A model generated the notes under the pieces. That model ran no database searches. It saw nothing but the letters and a program-made list of their open reading frames with translations, and had not been told where the DNA came from. The position numbers and the translations under genes were made by a program. Below, one piece after another: positions 1-6,198 of a stretch of DNA of 21,154 nucleotides (position 1 is the stretch's first letter; each line of letters opens with the position of its first letter). The stretch lies in IMG/VR virus record IMGVR_UViG_3300031463_000268, one strand, 5' to 3'. This DNA comes from a virus.

Positions 1-385
1 CTGTGTACTCCTCGTCACCCACATAGAGGTCCTCGGTGTTCTCCCTCACAATCACAAAATCAAGGTCAGGGTAGAGGCAGGGGACCCCAGGAAGGGACTT
101 AACAGGCCTCAAATTCGCAAAAAGGTCCAGCTCACGCCTTAAAGTTATTATGGCGCTCTTCTGTCCTGGTACAGTTGTCACAGCACCGAATAGGGTTGCA
201 TCAGCCTTCCTTACGAGCTTCAGGGTTTCCTCTGGGAGCGTGTCACCGCAGCGCCTGAAGCACTCATTACCGGCCTCTGCATGTGTGAATTCAAATTCCA
301 TGTCAAGGGCGTCAAGGATGTGGAGGGCTGCCTCCATTACCTCCACGCCGATCCCATCACCTGGTATAACCGTTATCCTGTACAT
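1..385 (-). CDS. aksF: Host homoisocitrate/isopropylmalate dehydrogenase family protein (AksF-like), 5' part; 3' end lies outside the window
   Basis: Manual translation from ATG at 385: MYRITVIPGDGIGVEVMEAALHILDAL...LFGAVTT...LRRELDLFANLRPV...DFVIVRENTEDLY. IPGDGIG, LFANLRP and VRENTE are hallmark motifs of the ICDH/IPMDH family. aksF versus leuB is from recall of methanogen homologues. Confidence 0.85.
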   Translation of the reverse strand, partial: MYRITVIPGDGIGVEVMEAALHILDALDMEFEFTHAEAGNECFRRCGDTLPEETLKLVRKADATLFGAVTTVPGQKSAIITLRRELDLFANLRPVKSLPGVPCLYPDLDFVIVRENTEDLYVGDEEYT

Positions 386-444
386 GTAAACGCCTCTTAA
401 ATTGGTCTCCTGAATGATGTTTATGAGATAAAGTTTTATAGAAA

Positions 445-462
445 TGTCTACATTTATAGACA
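445..462. promoter_or_regulatory. Inverted repeat TGTCTA-N6-TAGACA overlapping a TATA-like TTTATAGA upstream of the integrase (candidate operator or att core)
   Basis: TGTCTA 445-450 and TAGACA 457-462, with an overlapping AAATGT-CT-ACATTT dyad at 442-455. Confidence 0.4.
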
Positions 463-483
463 GTGCTTTCATACAAATAATTC

Positions 484-1692
484 ATGCCCACCAAGAAACC
501 ATCCCCAGATAAAGTAACACAAGACCCCCTATTCCAGGACTTTATTTTAACAAGAAACATAAAACTGGGAACGATCAGATCATATATCGCGGCTTTACAA
601 TACTATCTCCCAATAACAGGTAAAAAGAGCCTCACAGAACTCATTGAGGAAGCTGAGAATGAACAGGACCATGGTGTTAGAAGAAGAAAAAGGCGCATCA
701 GAACATATTTCATCAAATACATCAAGGCACTCGAAGAAAATGGAATCAGAGAATCAACCATCAACCTCTACCTTTCACGTCTGAAAACTATCTACAATGA
801 ATATGAGATAGACACACCACGTATCACCTACAAGACCAACACTAATAACAATGCATCACTTGAAGAGCTTCTTAGTATTGAAGAGGTGAAGCATGTTGTT
901 GATAATGTTAAAATCAGAGAAAAGGCCATAATCCTACTGCACCTCACGAGTGGAATGGGCGCTGCAGAAGTGCAAAGCCTCACACTTCATGATTATAATA
1001 GTGCGATCGGCTTTAATGTCCTGGGCGGAGATTATAATGAGTTGAAAAAAAGAATTATGGATGAGGAGATCATTGGTGTGTGGAAGATCAGACGTGTGAA
1101 GACAGGGATGCCCTATGTGACATTCAGCACGCCTGAGGCTAACCTTAAGATCCTGGAATATTTGAAACACCGGAAACTTAAGGGTGTGCCCGCCACAAGT
1201 TCAGAGGATCCTTTATTCGTAACTCGTTCTAATAAGCCCATAATGCGCTCCAATTATATGGCAATTTTTGAGAGGATAAATGATTCTTTAGGTATGGGTT
1301 TCTGTGAGAATGGATCGCGCAGGTTTACATCACATAAACTTAGAAAGTTATTCACGAGCATCCTTTATAAGGAGGGAATGGATAAGCTCATGATCGATTG
1401 GTGTTTGGGCCATAAGGTTAATCCCGTCACGGAGGCTTATTTTAAGGCTAATATTGAGCACCTGAAGCGAGAGTATAGGAAGAGGATGCATGCATTAACC
1501 CTGGAGAAGTCACGTGTTAGGAGGGTTATGTCTGATGAGGTCAGGGAGATTGTCCGTGAGTTGGAGGCTAAGGAGAGGGAGATTAAGGAGTTGCGTGAGT
1601 CTCAGGAGAAGTTGAGGGAGTGGGTGAAGAAAACGGAGAAAATCTATAATATTATTGTTTCAGATCCTGAGTTTTTGAAGAGAATGAGATAA
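484..1692 (+). CDS. int: Tyrosine recombinase/integrase with C-terminal coiled coil
   Basis: RVKT (catalytic K), SHKLRK (HxxR), WCLGH and TEAYF (Tyr nucleophile) motifs. The box I Arg position reads SGMGAAEV. Located at the provirus edge. Confidence 0.92.
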   Translation: MPTKKPSPDKVTQDPLFQDFILTRNIKLGTIRSYIAALQYYLPITGKKSLTELIEEAENEQDHGVRRRKRRIRTYFIKYIKALEENGIRESTINLYLSRLKTIYNEYEIDTPRITYKTNTNNNASLEELLSIEEVKHVVDNVKIREKAIILLHLTSGMGAAEVQSLTLHDYNSAIGFNVLGGDYNELKKRIMDEEIIGVWKIRRVKTGMPYVTFSTPEANLKILEYLKHRKLKGVPATSSEDPLFVTRSNKPIMRSNYMAIFERINDSLGMGFCENGSRRFTSHKLRKLFTSILYKEGMDKLMIDWCLGHKVNPVTEAYFKANIEHLKREYRKRMHALTLEKSRVRRVMSDEVREIVRELEAKEREIKELRESQEKLREWVKKTEKIYNIIVSDPEFLKRMR

Positions 1693-1773
1693 TGATTGTG
1701 ATTAGTTTTCAGGGGCTCTCTAAGGTTAAAGGTATTATTTATTCTTTTCTTATTAACCTTTCATAGGGTGGGG

Positions 1774-1866
1774 TCCCCAGGGGGTTTTAGAAGGAAGTTC
1801 TTTTGGCGCCCACCAAGTGACATCCCCTAATGGCCCCCTGGGGATGCGCATCCCTTAGGGGGATGC
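1774..1866. other. GC-rich multi-palindromic intergenic element (possible structured RNA or cis site)
   Basis: 11-bp inverted repeat TCCCCAGGGGG 1774-1784 / CCCCCTGGGGA 1834-1844; perfect 14-bp palindrome GGGATGCGCATCCC 1841-1854; CATCCCCTAA 1821-1830 nearly complementary to TTAGGGGGATG 1855-1865. Confidence 0.55.
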
Positions 1867-1902
1867 TATGTGATAGGTATTAATGGTAGTGTTATATATA
1901 GG

Positions 1903-1950
1903 TGCCCCCCTTTAGTGTGTGGTGGTAAGATGAAAACACCGAGGGGGGCA
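1903..1950 (-). ncRNA. Hairpin 20 nt past the RHH stop codon whose loop is complementary to the SD and start codon of the first early gene (candidate antisense regulator)
   Basis: Stem TGCCCCCCT 1903-1911 / AGGGGGGCA 1942-1950 plus inner GTGT/ACAC. It encloses the 24-bp repeat copy at 1916-1939. RNA expression is not demonstrated. Confidence 0.4.
1916..1939 (+). repeat. 24-bp direct repeat copy 1 (TGTGTGGTGGTAAGATGAAAACAC)
   Basis: Identical to 2245-2268, 329 bp away; contains the GGTGGT SD and ATG AAA ACA. Confidence 0.95.
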
Positions 1951-1970
1951 GAAGAAAGAGTTTCACTGCT

Positions 1971-2144
1971 CTATTCTTTAATTTCGTCAAGATATTCTTT
2001 ATTTTTTTCGATAAACAAATCAATAGCTTCTTCCCATGCGGAGGTAATTGGCGTTTTCTCGAATTTTAGCATTGCGATGACTTTGAAGAGTTTGAACTTT
2101 TTTGCATCGATATTGACACTTGTGTTGACCTTTTCACTTTTCAT
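1971..2144 (-). CDS. 57-aa ribbon-helix-helix DNA-binding protein, probable repressor (below the ORF-track cutoff)
   Basis: MKSEKVNTSVNIDAKKFKLFKVIAMLKFEKTPITSAWEEAIDLFIEKNKEYLDEIKE: alternating beta strand NTSVNI followed by two helices ending in EEAIDLFIE. Divergent from the early operon across an AT-rich spacer. Confidence 0.8.
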   Translation of the reverse strand: MKSEKVNTSVNIDAKKFKLFKVIAMLKFEKTPITSAWEEAIDLFIEKNKEYLDEIKE

Positions 2145-2244
2145 GGTTTCTATTTTTTCGGAGCATAGCTTAAAAATATTTATAATATTTAACCACTACA
2201 CCAATATACCAAAAAATATATATACTATATTATCTATAAAATTA
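2145..2244. promoter_or_regulatory. AT-rich divergent promoter region between the repressor and the early operon
   Basis: Purine run plus TATA-like AAAAAATATATATAC at 2211-2225 on +; TTATAAAT-like element at about 2177-2184 on -. Confidence 0.6.
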
Positions 2245-2268
2245 TGTGTGGTGGTAAGATGAAAACAC
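2245..2268 (+). repeat. 24-bp direct repeat copy 2, forming the translation initiation region of the first early gene
   Basis: Identical to 1916-1939; its ATG at 2259 opens the 162-aa ORF. Confidence 0.95.
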
Positions 2269-2747
2269 GAGATATTGTTCTTGGTAGTAGGCTTGAAGCC
2301 TGGAGAAAGTACAAGGAAGCCCTTGAAAAGGGCTACCCCGAAGAAATAGAAGAAACATACCAGGACTACCTGGACCATGACGGCATCCGGGTGAAAATAC
2401 TAACACCCGTAGAAGCCCTTGAAGACCAAGTACACGACACATGGATGGGCATCAGAAACCCTAACAAGGCCCATTTAACCAGCGAAGCAATCCGTGAATT
2501 CAGAAAAATACTTGAACACATTGCGGCTGGTCTTCTACACTCAGCAGGCAGCCTCGCGTGGATCAGAGCTCTCAGGGAACACCAAGGAGAAGAAGATGTA
2601 CTTATCGATGAAGACATTGTTTACCTTGCATTCCTTGACATACTCACCTCAGGGGATGAAGAGACAATTGAAGACTACAATGCACTCTACACGTCACTAA
2701 TTTACGGGGAGGGGGATGTGGAATATGATACCATTAAGCAAGAATGA
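2259..2747 (+). CDS. Hypothetical early protein (acidic, helical)
   Basis: Open frame; start reassigned to ATG 2259 behind GGTGGT SD; coupled to the downstream ORFs. Confidence 0.8.
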   Translation: MKTRDIVLGSRLEAWRKYKEALEKGYPEEIEETYQDYLDHDGIRVKILTPVEALEDQVHDTWMGIRNPNKAHLTSEAIREFRKILEHIAAGLLHSAGSLAWIRALREHQGEEDVLIDEDIVYLAFLDILTSGDEETIEDYNALYTSLIYGEGDVEYDTIKQE

Positions 2748-2865
2748 ACTCTACAACCGCCTCCTCATAACACGAGACATCGACAACCTTGATCACTACA
2801 GAAAAACCGTTGAGGATCTAATAAGATGGCTTCAGATTGACCTGCAGGAGGGGGATGAATGGTGA
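2725..2865 (+). CDS. 46-aa hypothetical protein
   Basis: MIPLSKNELYNRLLITRDIDNLDHYRKTVEDLIRWLQIDLQEGDEW; GAGGGGGA SD upstream; its TGA overlaps the next ATG. Confidence 0.65.
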   Translation: MIPLSKNELYNRLLITRDIDNLDHYRKTVEDLIRWLQIDLQEGDEW

Positions 2866-2981
2866 TGTCCGATCTGAACATGAGGGCTGTGATCCTCATC
2901 CTCCTAATACTCCTCCTTTTCATTTTCATGGGATTTATGAAGACACTCGAAGTTGCACCATACCACACATTTGGATTGTAG
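2865..2981 (+). CDS. 38-aa single-pass membrane peptide
   Basis: MSDLNMRAVILILLILLLFIFMGFMKTLEVAPYHTFGL; TGATG coupling; exactly fills the operon gap. Confidence 0.65.
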   Translation: MSDLNMRAVILILLILLLFIFMGFMKTLEVAPYHTFGL

Positions 2982-2993
2982 GTGGTTGATGTT

Positions 2994-3239
2994 ATGGGAT
3001 TAATGGATGAATACCATGACCTTGAGATGTTCTCCAGGACACCCCGAGACCATCTATCACTCGCCAGGTTAGCTGCGAGAATAGCTGAGAGGAAAACTTC
3101 ACGTATAAGGATGGATGCATGGGCAGAAGCGGGCCTGGAGCACCTAAGAAAGGCGGGTGTGAATGTCCCCACTGAATACTTCAGACTCAGTCCTTATGGG
3201 AAGCTGGAAATGCTTAAAAAACTCTTAAAGGGGGTGTGA
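2994..3239 (+). CDS. Hypothetical protein
   Basis: ORF track 2982..3239; ATG 2994 follows a GGTGGTTGA SD-like sequence. Confidence 0.7.
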   Translation: MGLMDEYHDLEMFSRTPRDHLSLARLAARIAERKTSRIRMDAWAEAGLEHLRKAGVNVPTEYFRLSPYGKLEMLKKLLKGV

Positions 3240-3242
3240 ATA

Positions 3243-3767
3243 TTGAATGACCTGCTACTGGAATTAGAGAATGATAAAGGATGGGAAGACCTGAACGAAT
3301 CAGCAATGTTCTGGAACCCCGTGGAGGGAGAAAGTATACGTGGCATCTGCAAAGGCATCAAGGAGATACACACAAAACTCGGCAGCCTAAAAGTCATGAC
3401 CCTCCAAACAGCAGACGGGGAATACTACGTGAAAGGCCACAAGGCCCTGGAGAAATACTTTGACAGGATACAGGAAGGATGGGGTGTCTGGATCACATAC
3501 AATGGAAAGGCAAAGTCACAGAAGGGTGCGGAATACCACAGTTACACAGTGAAGGTGAAAAGGCTCAATCAACCCACACAGTTAGGGGTTCTCCATGAGA
3601 ATGACTTCCAGGACAAAAGCATCCAGGCACTTATCATGTTAACCCGCGCCGACAAAGGGACGACAACATTAAAGAATGTGCTGGAAAAGCTTGATGAAGT
3701 CTATGGTGAGGGTGGTGTCACAGAATCCGAGTACCTCAAAATCAAGGAGGAACTGGGGGTGAACTAA
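3243..3767 (+). CDS. OB-fold ssDNA-binding-like protein with C-terminal helical domain
   Basis: FWNPVEGESIRG...EYYVKGHKAL...VWITYNGKAKSQKGAEYHSYTV fits the pattern of viral OB-fold SSB-like proteins (recalled pattern). TTG start behind GGGGGTGTGA. Confidence 0.6.
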   Translation: MNDLLLELENDKGWEDLNESAMFWNPVEGESIRGICKGIKEIHTKLGSLKVMTLQTADGEYYVKGHKALEKYFDRIQEGWGVWITYNGKAKSQKGAEYHSYTVKVKRLNQPTQLGVLHENDFQDKSIQALIMLTRADKGTTTLKNVLEKLDEVYGEGGVTESEYLKIKEELGVN

Positions 3768-3952
3768 TGGATAGAGTCAGGACCAGCATAATGCTCCCTG
3801 AAGGTGTGTACAGTTACCTGAAAGATATTGTGATAACAGCGCAGGACGAAGGAGTGAAACTATCCATGAATGAGATCATCAATGACGCCATCCTCTATTA
3901 CCTGGACTATGTGAACATCGAGAGAGAATACCTTGATAGGAGGATGCGCTGA
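3767..3952 (+). CDS. Ribbon-helix-helix DNA-binding protein
   Basis: RVRTSIMLPEGVYSYLKD...SMNEIINDAILYYLD. Confidence 0.75.
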   Translation: MDRVRTSIMLPEGVYSYLKDIVITAQDEGVKLSMNEIINDAILYYLDYVNIEREYLDRRMR

Positions 3953-4419
3953 TGGTAGGTGAACACCTACGGAGGCTGCGGAAGGCGCAGAACATTCAAG
4001 TCGAACCTCTACCTGGGGATGATGCATTACTAGCATTCATCACCCGGTCAGAGAATGGGGAATACCTTGTCACAGTACTGGATAACATGATACGATGCGA
4101 ATGCCCTGATTACCAGTACCGTCATGGCGATGAGGGTTCATACATCTGCAAACATTGCTGGGCAGTCCTGCAGCACATACTCAACGAATCATATGAAGAA
4201 TACGGTGACCATGAATGCATGCGCACATTCAAGGTACCTGCTTGGCTTGCTGAAGAAAAAGGACTCAGCAGGGAAAGAGTGACAGGAACAATAGAACATG
4301 AAACACCCAAGGCCATACTGCTGAGAACACCTAAAGGAGAGTCTTACTGGCTCCCCAAAAGCCAGATCCGTGAAGAAAGGATCCCCACTGATCAAACCAC
4401 CCTGGGGGTGAAAGGATGA
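3952..4419 (+). CDS. SWIM zinc-finger protein with C-terminal small beta domain
   Basis: CECPDYQYR...CKHCWAV is the CxC-Xn-CxH SWIM motif; C-terminal ETPKAILL...WLPKSQI. Confidence 0.8.
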   Translation: MVGEHLRRLRKAQNIQVEPLPGDDALLAFITRSENGEYLVTVLDNMIRCECPDYQYRHGDEGSYICKHCWAVLQHILNESYEEYGDHECMRTFKVPAWLAEEKGLSRERVTGTIEHETPKAILLRTPKGESYWLPKSQIREERIPTDQTTLGVKG

Positions 4420-4553
4420 GAGGAGATTTTGATGAGGAAGAACTCCAGAGTGCAATGGAAGCATGGAGTAAACTCATCAGATGGGCCCACAGATGGGAGG
4501 AAGAAGGATGCAGAGGAGGATCTGCGGAAGGCGAGATCTCCAGAAGGCCATAA
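4416..4553 (+). CDS. 45-aa hypothetical protein
   Basis: MRGDFDEEELQSAMEAWSKLIRWAHRWEEEGCRGGSAEGEISRRP; ATGA overlap with the SWIM gene; GGGGGTGA SD. Confidence 0.55.
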   Translation: MRGDFDEEELQSAMEAWSKLIRWAHRWEEEGCRGGSAEGEISRRP

Positions 4554-4750
4554 AGGAATTACTCAGAGAATATGGGGAGTTGAGTGTGGAGGAGTTGCAC
4601 AGGCTACTCCTTCACAACTATGAATTCGGAAGGAATTATGATGTAACCCGGCAGGCTGTCACAATCTACACGCGTAGGGTGGCGGCGACTACAGGGATAA
4701 CGATGAATAAGTATGGGAAACCAGTCAGGGTGTACACATTGGAGGCGTAG
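4508..4750 (+). CDS. Probable winged helix-turn-helix protein
   Basis: LQKAIKELLREYGELSVEELHRLL...VTRQAVTIY...GKPVRVYTL: three helices plus a beta wing. Start ATG 4508 behind GGAGG. Confidence 0.6.
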   Translation: MQRRICGRRDLQKAIKELLREYGELSVEELHRLLLHNYEFGRNYDVTRQAVTIYTRRVAATTGITMNKYGKPVRVYTLEA

Positions 4751-4752
4751 TA

Positions 4753-4986
4753 ATGGATGACAAGTTTATATTGACCGAGGAAGCATTTGAGGAAAGTAAA
4801 GAATTAGCGCTTAAGACTGTGAGGTTATTCCGTGATGAGGGGGCGCATCCATTAATTGGGTTGGAAGCGCTTCTAATTGCCTTAGAGGCCACAATTAAAG
4901 GTACAGGTATGAGGGAATCAGAGGCATTGGTGGCTGTTACAATAATGTCACTAAAGAAATTATTAGATGATGATGGGGGTCAATAG
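4753..4986 (+). CDS. Hypothetical protein
   Basis: Compact operon ORF with GGAGG SD. Confidence 0.7.
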   Translation: MDDKFILTEEAFEESKELALKTVRLFRDEGAHPLIGLEALLIALEATIKGTGMRESEALVAVTIMSLKKLLDDDGGQ

Positions 4987-4988
4987 TC

Positions 4989-5273
4989 TTGGAGGTTAAA
5001 GTGACTTTAAGAGTGGACGATGAATTATACAGGTTCTTCATGGAGAATGATGTTGACCTGGATAGGGTCATGCAGTTATTCATGAACCAGATGAACTACT
5101 ACTTCAGGGAGACAATGAGCATCTATTCACTGATGCGACAGGTTCCTGTAGGGGAAGTCCTCCGAAGGATGGCGTCAGAGTACGATGAGGATGAAAGGAA
5201 GAGTAAGGAGAAATTAAGGGAATATCATGAGAAAAATAGGCTAAGAGGGGCCTTAAACAGTGAAGCACCATGA
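4989..5273 (+). CDS. RHH-like DNA-binding protein
   Basis: N-terminal VKVTLRVDDELYRFF strand-helix pattern; TTG start. Confidence 0.6.
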   Translation: MEVKVTLRVDDELYRFFMENDVDLDRVMQLFMNQMNYYFRETMSIYSLMRQVPVGEVLRRMASEYDEDERKSKEKLREYHEKNRLRGALNSEAP

Positions 5274-5734
5274 AAGAAGACCAGATAAGTGTCAGGGTTT
5301 CAAGGGTTGATAAGGAGACTATTAAGAAAAGTAAGTACAGTTATGCTGATGCCATAGAATATTTCGCGAGGTTACTCAGGAAAAATAAGGGTATAATCCC
5401 AGAGTTATATCTGAAAGCACTCAGGGAAGAGTTAGATGAAATATCTGAGAGGAAGATTGAATTGGAAAAGGAATTGGAAAGATTGAACATAGAGGAGGAT
5501 CGATTGAAAAGAGAGTTAGAGAGGTTTTCTGAGCCTGTTGATGAACCCATGAGGGAGGTGAGGGAAGCTGCAAGGTTTGTTATGGAGAGACTTGAGGAGA
5601 GAGAGGGTATGGTTTCCCCCAGTGAGGTTGTTAATGATCGTGGTGAGAATCTGATAGAGGTTGCTAGTAGGATGTATGGGGCCCCTGAAGAGGAGATCTT
5701 AAGGTTACTTTCAGATATGGGAGTCTCCTTATAA
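5270..5734 (+). CDS. RHH-like N-terminus plus coiled coil; immediately upstream of the origin-like repeats
   Basis: QISVRVSRVDKETIKK...YADAIEYF followed by a heptad-rich LREELDEISERKIELEKELERL segment. Confidence 0.75.
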   Translation: MKEDQISVRVSRVDKETIKKSKYSYADAIEYFARLLRKNKGIIPELYLKALREELDEISERKIELEKELERLNIEEDRLKRELERFSEPVDEPMREVREAARFVMERLEEREGMVSPSEVVNDRGENLIEVASRMYGAPEEEILRLLSDMGVSL

Positions 5735-5745
5735 AATTATCTATT

Positions 5746-6010
5746 TGTATATACATCTTTTTTTCTTTGTATATACATTGACGAGAGTATCCCCCTCACA
5801 TCATGTATATACAGATATACAAGGCATGTATATACGTATATACAAGATTCCCTAGGGATACCTTCGCAGATGTATATACATCTTTTTTTCTTTGTATATA
5901 CATTGACGAGAGTACCCCCAGCACATCATGTACATACAGCTGTACAGGGCATGTACAGTCGACTGTACAAAACTCCCCAAGGATACCTTCGCAGATGTAC
6001 ATACATCTTT
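5746..6010. repeat. Two 125-bp tandem units plus a 15-bp partial third, rich in TGTATATACA/TGTACA palindromes; probable replication origin
   Basis: Units start at 5746, 5871 and 5996. TGTATATACA occurs at 5746, 5768, 5804, 5871 and 5893. Perfect 18-bp palindromes at 5827-5844 and 5952-5969. Located between the early and late modules. Confidence 0.85.
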
Positions 6011-6012
6011 GA

Positions 6013-6198
6013 TTCGCTAAGAAGAAAAAAATTATTTCTAAGGAAGTCAGGGAAGAATTAGATGAAATATATGATTCCTTAGAATATAAGGGGCTTCTAC
6101 CTTCATTTGCCCAGATATTGGATGATCTTAAAGAAACCGTGCAAAAGTATCCAAATGCTAAATCTGTAGATGAGATAATTCAAGAAATTTCAAGATGA
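6013..6198 (+). pseudogene. 5'-truncated antitoxin-like gene
   Basis: Start-less open frame FAKKKKIISKEVREELDEIYDSLEYKGLLPSFAQILDDLKETVQKYPNAKSVDEIIQEISR, beginning right after the repeat array and ending in an ATGA overlap with the PIN gene. Confidence 0.6.

Noticed and set aside
386-483. tRNA gene as integration target
   Set aside because: No cloverleaf, T-loop motif or CCA-type end is visible in the 98-bp spacer.
1870-2262. 130-aa + strand ORF that also starts from repeat copy 1 (MKTPRG...)
   Set aside because: It is the antisense shadow of the well-formed RHH gene and has an implausible Ser/Phe/Ile-rich composition.
5746-6010. CRISPR or mini-CRISPR interpretation of the repeats
   Set aside because: The units are contiguous 125-bp tandem copies with no unique spacers; the same applies to the 105-bp TMP repeats.
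5796-6061. Several 63-69-aa ORFs on both strands in the repeat array
   Set aside because: They are Tyr/Ile/Cys-rich products of the palindromic repeats and have no SD signals.
5951-6198. Rescue of the antitoxin fragment by -1 slippage at the A7 run (6025-6031) from ATG 5951
   Set aside because: It is formally in phase, but the N-terminus would be translated repeat DNA with no DNA-binding pattern and no SD; truncation is the simpler explanation.
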